DNA from: Dehalococcoidia bacterium | Lineage (GTDB): Bacteria; Chloroflexota; Dehalococcoidia; Bin125 | DNA length: 64,000 bases | Assembly (NCBI GenBank): GCA_965208665.1 | Contig: CBDBPH010000001.1 | Coordinates: forward strand, 16,408-80,407 | Reading direction: 5' to 3' | Part shown: in pieces, positions 58,066 through 64,000 of the stretch | Layout: the number at the start of each line of letters is the position of its first letter | How positions within the stretch are numbered: position 1 is the stretch's first letter | Made by a program: the position numbers and the translations under genes | Notes under the pieces: model-generated | Seen by the model: the letters and a program-made list of their open reading frames with translations, nothing else | Told to the model about the DNA's origin: nothing | The model's database searches: none

Positions 58066-58990
58066 TGGGCGTCTCCTCACCGATGACCGCGATCTCGGGT
58101 TCGAGACGAACACCCGCATGCCGTCCGACGGAGTGCTGAACATGTTCAATCAGCGCAAGGAAGTCGACCGCCCGCGCACGGGCGACATCGACGTTGAGGA
58201 TGTAGTTGGCGTGCAGGTCCGAGACCCGCGCTGCGCCGATTCGAGAGCCCTTGAGACCGGCGGCCTCAATCAGTTCGCCGGCAGACCTCGAGTCGCCAGC
58301 GGGATTCCTGAAAATCGAGCCAAGCGACGGTCCGGTTGGCGCATTCGCTTTGCGCAGCGACTCAACGCGATCGATCTTCGCCAGCGACGCGTAGGCGTCG
58401 CCGGGGCGGAGCTGAAGGATGAGCGATATCGCGATGTGTCCGACAAGGCGCCCGCCTCGAAACTCCGAATCGCGGTAGCGCAGACCGAGCGCTTCGGCGC
58501 GATGCTCGGCGATCTCACCTGAGGGCGAGATGGTCTTGACGGACACCAGGACATCGGAAAGATCGGATCCGTAGGCACCGGCGTTGGTTGGCAGACCCCC
58601 GCCGATCGCGCCCGGAATGCCCGCGGCCCATTCGAGTCCGGCTAGACCGGCGCGAGCAGTCGAACGGGCCAACGCGGCGAATCGGGCGCCCGATTCCACC
58701 TCGACACGACCTTCACCCAGCTGCCTACAAGCCTTGGACTCGTTCTTCAGCACCACGCCGCGGATTCCGCCGTCGCGGATCAGCACGTTCGAACCCGCGC
58801 CGAGCACGGCCAGCGGCGCTCCCGCACAACGAGCGGCGCGCACGGCAACCATCAACGTGTCGCTGTCGCGAATCGTGACGAACCAGTCGGCGTCTCCACC
58901 CACCTGCACGAACGTATGGCGGCTGAGCGGCTCGCTGCGTCGCGCGGCCAACTCCTGCATCAGCGCCTGTAGCACCTGTGATCTCGTCAT
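58058..58990 (-). CDS. murB: UDP-N-acetylenolpyruvoylglucosamine reductase
   Basis: GAGSN, GLE...GIPG..GG...NAGA, YR.S, GS.F.NP, HAN, LEPE. Confidence 0.93.
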   Translation of the reverse strand: MTRSQVLQALMQELAARRSEPLSRHTFVQVGGDADWFVTIRDSDTLMVAVRAARCAGAPLAVLGAGSNVLIRDGGIRGVVLKNESKACRQLGEGRVEVESGARFAALARSTARAGLAGLEWAAGIPGAIGGGLPTNAGAYGSDLSDVLVSVKTISPSGEIAEHRAEALGLRYRDSEFRGGRLVGHIAISLILQLRPGDAYASLAKIDRVESLRKANAPTGPSLGSIFRNPAGDSRSAGELIEAAGLKGSRIGAARVSDLHANYILNVDVARARAVDFLALIEHVQHSVGRHAGVRLEPEIAVIGEETPIA

Positions 58991-60345
58991 GAACCGCCAC
59001 CCAGGAGCGAAAGAATGAGCGGCCCGGCCGCGTCGATATCGCCCGCGCCCATCGTGATAATCAGATCACCGGCTTCAGCATCGTCCGCTGCTGTCTCGGC
59101 GCTTTGTCCGATCGACCCGGCGTACCGGGCCGTAGGGGAAACGATCTCCTTCGCCAGTTGCTCCGAGGTCATCTCATCGCCGGTCATCGCGCGGGCGGCG
59201 TAGGTATCGACGGTGTAAACAACGTCGGCGCCGGCGAAACAGCTTCGAAATCCGTCGATCAGGTACGAAGTCCGTGTGAACGTATGCGGTTGGAAGAGCA
59301 CCACGATGCGTCGGTCCGGCCAGCGCTGCCGCGCCGCCTCGATCGCCGATGCAACCTCCGTCGGGTGGTGCGCATAGTCGTCCAGCACGACCACATCGTT
59401 GGCTTCGCCGTGCAACTGGAAACGTCGCTTGACCCCGTTGAAGCTGCCCAACGCGTCAACCGACGTCGAGAGATCGAACCCCGCCAAATCGAGAGCGGCC
59501 AGTGCGGTGGCCGCGTTCTGGAGCTGGTATTCGCCCGGCTGGCGCAAAATCCCACCAATGGACCTTGAGGGCGCGCGCAACTCAAAAGCGTCCGCCTTCG
59601 AAACAATCCGATAGTCGGCGTCCGACCGTGAGGAGCACGTGACCACCTGCGCGTCCGAACGCATCAACCGCAGATTGGTGGCAATCTCCGCGGCCAGCGG
59701 TGAATCGACTCCGACCACGAGGCTGCCGTTGGGTTTGACGGTGCTAACGAACCTCAGGAACGCCTCTTCTAGCGCTCGCTGCGTGCCGTAGTAGTCGAGA
59801 TGATCGGGCTCGCAGTTGGTCAGCACCGCGACGGACGGCGTGTAGTGATGAAAGGCGCGACCGTATTCGTCGGCTTCCAGCACGAGCCAGGGGTCCGCGC
59901 CTCGTTTGCCGTGGACGCAGAAGTCCCGCGCCTCAGCGCCAATCACGTAGCCCACGTCTCGGCCCGACGCGCGCATCGCATGAGCGATCATCGCCGTGGT
60001 CGTGGTCTTGCCGTGCGACCCGCCCACTGCGATCACTTCGCGTGCCGCCGCAATCTCCGAGAGCAGCTCCGCTCGCGTCTGAACCGGGATCCCGAGTTCG
60101 ATCGCCCGCGCAACTTCCGGATGCGACTCTGGCACCGCGGCGGTTCGCACAACCTGGGTCGCAGTCGTGACGTGGTGTTCGTTATGACCAATCACGACGC
60201 GAGCTCCCCGCTCCCGCAGCGGCTGCAGAATCGGAGCGTCGGTACGGTCGCAACCGGATACGACCAGTCCGTCATCGAGCAGAATGTGCGCAAGCGCTGA
60301 CATGTGAATGCCGCCAATTCCGACGAAGTGAACGTTCATCGTCAT
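58987..60345 (-). CDS. murC: UDP-N-acetylmuramate-L-alanine ligase
   Basis: HFVGIGG..MS, GSHGKTTT, EADE, DHLD, DDYAHHP.E, FQPH. Confidence 0.95.
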   Translation of the reverse strand: MTMNVHFVGIGGIHMSALAHILLDDGLVVSGCDRTDAPILQPLRERGARVVIGHNEHHVTTATQVVRTAAVPESHPEVARAIELGIPVQTRAELLSEIAAAREVIAVGGSHGKTTTTAMIAHAMRASGRDVGYVIGAEARDFCVHGKRGADPWLVLEADEYGRAFHHYTPSVAVLTNCEPDHLDYYGTQRALEEAFLRFVSTVKPNGSLVVGVDSPLAAEIATNLRLMRSDAQVVTCSSRSDADYRIVSKADAFELRAPSRSIGGILRQPGEYQLQNAATALAALDLAGFDLSTSVDALGSFNGVKRRFQLHGEANDVVVLDDYAHHPTEVASAIEAARQRWPDRRIVVLFQPHTFTRTSYLIDGFRSCFAGADVVYTVDTYAARAMTGDEMTSEQLAKEIVSPTARYAGSIGQSAETAADDAEAGDLIITMGAGDIDAAGPLILSLLGGGS

Positions 60346-60352
60346 CGTTACG

Positions 60353-61462
60353 TCACTTTGCCACACCAACGATCACTTCGGCAATGCGGCGTGCGGAGTC
60401 GGTTCGGCGCAGCCCAATCATCGCCTCGCGCATTGATTCCAGCCGCGGCTGGTCGGCGAGCAGCTCGGTGGTTAGATCGAACAGATCGTCGCCGATCCGC
60501 TCGTCGCCGACGACAATCGCACCCCCGGCGTCCGCCAGAAGCTGCGCATTGAAACGCTGATGTCCACCCGCCTCTCCAAGCGGCGCCAGCACGGCAGGCA
60601 GCGCAGCCGCCGGATACTCGCCCATCACCGATGCGCCCGCGCGCGAGACCGCTAGGTCGCAGGCCGCCATCGCTAGAGGCATCTCGTCCGACATGTACGG
60701 ATAGAGCCGATAGCGGGACCGAAGCGTGGCCGGCAACTCCTCGCGCAACCTCGAAAGACGCTCAAAGTCGCCGGCTCCGGAGATATGAATCACTTGAGTC
60801 CGGCCGAGCCAGTCCTCGAGTTGCCCTGCGATGCAGTCGTTGATCCGCTGCGCACCCCGAACCGCCCCAGTTACGAGCAGTGCAGGACCGCCGTTGAGCT
60901 GGAAGTAGGCACGCGCCAACGGCTTGTCAAGGCTCTCAAAGCCCGACCGCACCGGATAGCCCGTGACAACCGCGAGCCCCCCGCGGTAACGCTCGGTCGA
61001 ACGTTGGTGGGTCACGCAAATCCTGCTTGCCAACGGCGCCAGACCACGCAGTGTCCAGCCCGGTTCGATGTCTGGCTGCAGCAGAACGATCGGCCTCCGC
61101 ATAAGCCACGCGGCGAGCCCGACCGGCGCAGAGACGTACCCGCCGGTCAGAAACACGACGTGCGGTTTGTAGCTCAGCATCAGCGCGAGGGCGTCCAACA
61201 CGCCGGTCGCGGTCGCACCCAGCGAGATCAGTTTGGAGAACAGATTGCGGCCCCGCAGCGCTCGCGCCGCGATCGTCGAATAGCTCAGGTCCGCTTCGAC
61301 GGCCAGCTCGGACTCGACCCCGTCCGCCGTGCCGGCGAAGCGAAACTCGACGCCGTTCCCGTGGTCGGCGACCAGGCTGCGAAGCGCATCCGCCACTGCG
61401 AAAGCGGGAAAGACATGCCCACCCGAGCCGCCCCCGGACAACAGAACCCGTACGGTTCGCAT
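60353..61462 (-). CDS. murG: Lipid II GlcNAc transferase MurG
   Basis: GGGSGGH, TGGYVS, G.PVR, SRAGAS, HQ..NA. Confidence 0.94.
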   Translation of the reverse strand: MRTVRVLLSGGGSGGHVFPAFAVADALRSLVADHGNGVEFRFAGTADGVESELAVEADLSYSTIAARALRGRNLFSKLISLGATATGVLDALALMLSYKPHVVFLTGGYVSAPVGLAAWLMRRPIVLLQPDIEPGWTLRGLAPLASRICVTHQRSTERYRGGLAVVTGYPVRSGFESLDKPLARAYFQLNGGPALLVTGAVRGAQRINDCIAGQLEDWLGRTQVIHISGAGDFERLSRLREELPATLRSRYRLYPYMSDEMPLAMAACDLAVSRAGASVMGEYPAAALPAVLAPLGEAGGHQRFNAQLLADAGGAIVVGDERIGDDLFDLTTELLADQPRLESMREAMIGLRRTDSARRIAEVIVGVAK

Positions 61463-62832
61463 CAGCTGCCGTCTCCGCGCCCGCTGTGGAACGGCGATAG
61501 CGCCGGTTTCTTCGTGTCGCGCATCGGAGCGGCGTCCCGCGTCGGCGACGTGTCGTTGATGGGCGGATCGGCCGGTTCAGGGAATGTGCCGCGCCCATGC
61601 CGCGAAATCGACACGAGGATGCCCGCCGCAGCCATTGATGCGATCAGAGCGGACGATCCGAAGCTCAGGAACGGAAGCGGAATACCGGTCAGCACGATCG
61701 TCCGCATCACGCCGGCGACGTTGAAGAACGCCTGCAACGCGAACCACGCCACGATGCCAAACGCCAGCAACGTCCCAAACCGATCCTCAGCCCTCATCCC
61801 CGCACGGATCCCCCGATAGATCAGCACGCCGAAGAGCGTCAGCACGATCATCGCGCCGAGCATGCCGGTCTCCTCGCCAATGATCGCAAATACGCCGTCC
61901 GTGTGGGCCGAGGGAACGTAGAAGAACTTCTGCCGTGATGCCCCAAGCCCGACACCGGTCAGTCCGCCCGAGCCCAGGGTCGAGACGAGGTTGATGATCT
62001 GGAAGCCGGCCGCCTGGGCCACTTCTTCCGCGTTGAAGAACGTGCGGATCCGCTCCATCCCATAGCCCGCCCCGACCACTATGGCGAACAGCACAGCCGA
62101 ACCGCCGACCAACAGCATCACCATGTGTCGCAGCGCCGCGCCTGCCAAAAAGAACATCACCACGCCCGTACACGCGATCGCGGCAAACGTTCCCAGGTCC
62201 GGCTCCAGCATCAGCAGTCCGCCGATCAGCCCGATGATCATGCAGAACGGCGCCAGCCCCAGCGGAATCCGCTTGATCTCGTCGCCTTTGGCCGCCAGCC
62301 AGGCCGCCACGTAAATGCAGATCGCTAGCTTCGCGAACTCGGAAGGCTGCAGTGCCGGCAACGATCCAATCTGGATCCACCGCGTCGCGCCGTTCTCTTC
62401 ATGCCCGACGCCAGGAATCAGGACCGCGGCGAGCAACAGCAGCGACACCCAGATGATCGGCGAGGAGAGGCGCTGCCAGATGCGGTAATCGAGCCGCGCC
62501 AACAGCAGAAAGGCGACGAGCCCGATGCCGGCGCCGACCAGCTGGCGCACGGCGAAGTGGCGTGTGTTGCCGTGCAACTCCTGGGAGATCGCGAAGGAAG
62601 AGGAGAAGACGAAGATCAGCCCGATGAAGACCAAGGCCATCACCGCGCCGACCAGGACCCAGTCGGGAGGCGACGCCGGTCGCCGCAGCCGATGGACGAT
62701 GCGTCGTCCTACGGCCAGGCTCTCGTCGCCCTCGAGAGGGCGGGTTGAGCGCGGAGAAGGGATCCGGACTTTACCCAGGACGCCGGTCTCGTCCGACCCG
62801 GGTCCCGGCACGGCAGCTCGATTAACCGACAT
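61462..62832 (-). CDS. ftsW: SEDS peptidoglycan polymerase FtsW
   Basis: NGATRW, QPSEFAK, EPDLG, HTD..F.IIGEE, GIPLPFLSFG. Confidence 0.93.
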   Translation of the reverse strand: MSVNRAAVPGPGSDETGVLGKVRIPSPRSTRPLEGDESLAVGRRIVHRLRRPASPPDWVLVGAVMALVFIGLIFVFSSSFAISQELHGNTRHFAVRQLVGAGIGLVAFLLLARLDYRIWQRLSSPIIWVSLLLLAAVLIPGVGHEENGATRWIQIGSLPALQPSEFAKLAICIYVAAWLAAKGDEIKRIPLGLAPFCMIIGLIGGLLMLEPDLGTFAAIACTGVVMFFLAGAALRHMVMLLVGGSAVLFAIVVGAGYGMERIRTFFNAEEVAQAAGFQIINLVSTLGSGGLTGVGLGASRQKFFYVPSAHTDGVFAIIGEETGMLGAMIVLTLFGVLIYRGIRAGMRAEDRFGTLLAFGIVAWFALQAFFNVAGVMRTIVLTGIPLPFLSFGSSALIASMAAAGILVSISRHGRGTFPEPADPPINDTSPTRDAAPMRDTKKPALSPFHSGRGDGS

Positions 62833-64000
62833 CTTTCGGCCTCCTCCCCTGCAGCCGCCGTCCGACCAGCTCGCGGAAGTGCTGCCCACGCGCCTCGAAG
62901 TTTGGATACGCATCGAATGATGTGCCGCCCGGCGACATCAGCACCGTCTCGCCGCGATACGCCGCGGCCGCCGCCTGTTCGAACGCAGCCTCGAAGGTGT
63001 CCGACAGGACGTGATTGATTCGCTGCTCCGAAAGCCAGCGGCTCCACGCCGGCGCCGCCTCTCCAAAGAGCACGACTTCGCGCACATGGCGATCAAGTTC
63101 CGGCAGCAACGGATCGAGCGGAAGCTTCTTGTCGCGGCCGCCCAGCATCAGGACGATCGGTCCGCTGATGGCACGGAGGCCCGCCAACGTGCGCTCGGGC
63201 GTGGTCGCGATTGAGTCGTTGATGAAGCGAACGGCGCCAACCACGGCGACCAGCTCCAGTCGGTGCGGAACGCCCGTGAAGCTGCGAAGCACATCGGCGG
63301 CGATGTCATTGGGCACCAGGTCACCGACAATCGCGAGCGCCGCCAGAGCGTTGCGCAGATTGTGTTCGCCCGGGATCAGCAATTCCTCGACGGCCATCAA
63401 CAGCGAGTCGTTGCGTACGATCTGTTCGCCGTCGCTGAATGCTGTAGCGGCGCAGGGTGATTTCGACAGCCCAAACCAACTTGCAGCAGCCGGAGTGCGC
63501 GTCATCGCCCGCGCGGCGAGTGGTTCATCGAGCGGCAGCACGACCCGATCTTGCGAAGTCTGGTACTCGACGATTCGGTACTTCAGCTCCTGGTACTCGT
63601 CCCAGCTGAACTGGTCCAGATGGTTAGGCGTAATGTTCGTGATCGCTGCAACCTGCGGGCTGCGCGTCGTGCGCAGCAGTTGCGTATGGGAGATCTCGGC
63701 GACGACGGTCGTGTCGGCGGAGATGTCGGGAACTTGTTGTAGTAGTCCATGGCCGATGTTGCCTCCCAGCGCCGTCGGGACGGCGGCAGTCTGAAGCATG
63801 CGATGCACCAGCGTGGTCGTGGTCGTCTTGCCCGCGCTCCCCGTGATGCCGACTACACGGTTGGCCGGACAGCGTTCGAGGAATATCTGCACCGGTCCGT
63901 ACACCGGAACGGAGCGTCGGGCGGCCTCAGCAAGGAGCGGGATGTTGTACGGAACCCCCTGGCTCACGACCAGGCTCTGGACTTCGTCGAGCAGTGAGAA
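62822..64000 (-). CDS. murD: UDP-MurNAc-L-Ala-D-Glu ligase; 5' end outside the window
   Basis: GITGSAGKTTT, GGNIG, NHLD, HRLE, NDSIAT, GG.DK, SPG..SFD...F..RG. Confidence 0.93.
   Translation of the reverse strand, partial: FSLLDEVQSLVVSQGVPYNIPLLAEAARRSVPVYGPVQIFLERCPANRVVGITGSAGKTTTTTLVHRMLQTAAVPTALGGNIGHGLLQQVPDISADTTVVAEISHTQLLRTTRSPQVAAITNITPNHLDQFSWDEYQELKYRIVEYQTSQDRVVLPLDEPLAARAMTRTPAAASWFGLSKSPCAATAFSDGEQIVRNDSLLMAVEELLIPGEHNLRNALAALAIVGDLVPNDIAADVLRSFTGVPHRLELVAVVGAVRFINDSIATTPERTLAGLRAISGPIVLMLGGRDKKLPLDPLLPELDRHVREVVLFGEAAPAWSRWLSEQRINHVLSDTFEAAFEQAAAAAYRGETVLMSPGGTSFDAYPNFEARGQHFRELVGRRLQGRRPKDVG

Overview
A high-GC bacterial chromosome segment. Gene content and protein style suggest a Chloroflexota, Dehalococcoidia-like organism (inference only). 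The left ~28 kb is accessory metabolism: a partial Cu-type P1B ATPase, an ATP-grasp ligase, MFS transporters, an HDAC-family deacylase, a B12-type radical SAM enzyme, NfuA, a CocE hydrolase, a low-GC orphan gene, tandem SDR and crotonase paralogues and CoA-transferase III genes. The right ~36 kb is mostly housekeeping: hflX, dapL, dapF, miaA, tpiA, pgk, rpiB, tsaC, guaA, purD/B/C/S, hisB/C/D, rplS, trmD and the dcw cluster from murD to ftsZ. The main result is that the radical SAM ORF, which the track ends at a TGA (4858-4860), reads on as ...WFC-U-AEP..., with a SECIS-like hairpin right after the UGA. It is therefore a probable CUAEP-tail selenoprotein, in a compact cluster with NfuA, a deacylase, an MFS transporter and an ATP-grasp ligase. 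Other notable points are a probable non-canonical ATT start for hflX, phased 10-bp repeats, several REP families (two supplying protein C-termini), a PTPS-III-type QueD paralogue and a possible LexA-controlled orphan gene. No rRNA, tRNA, CRISPR array or transposase was recognised.
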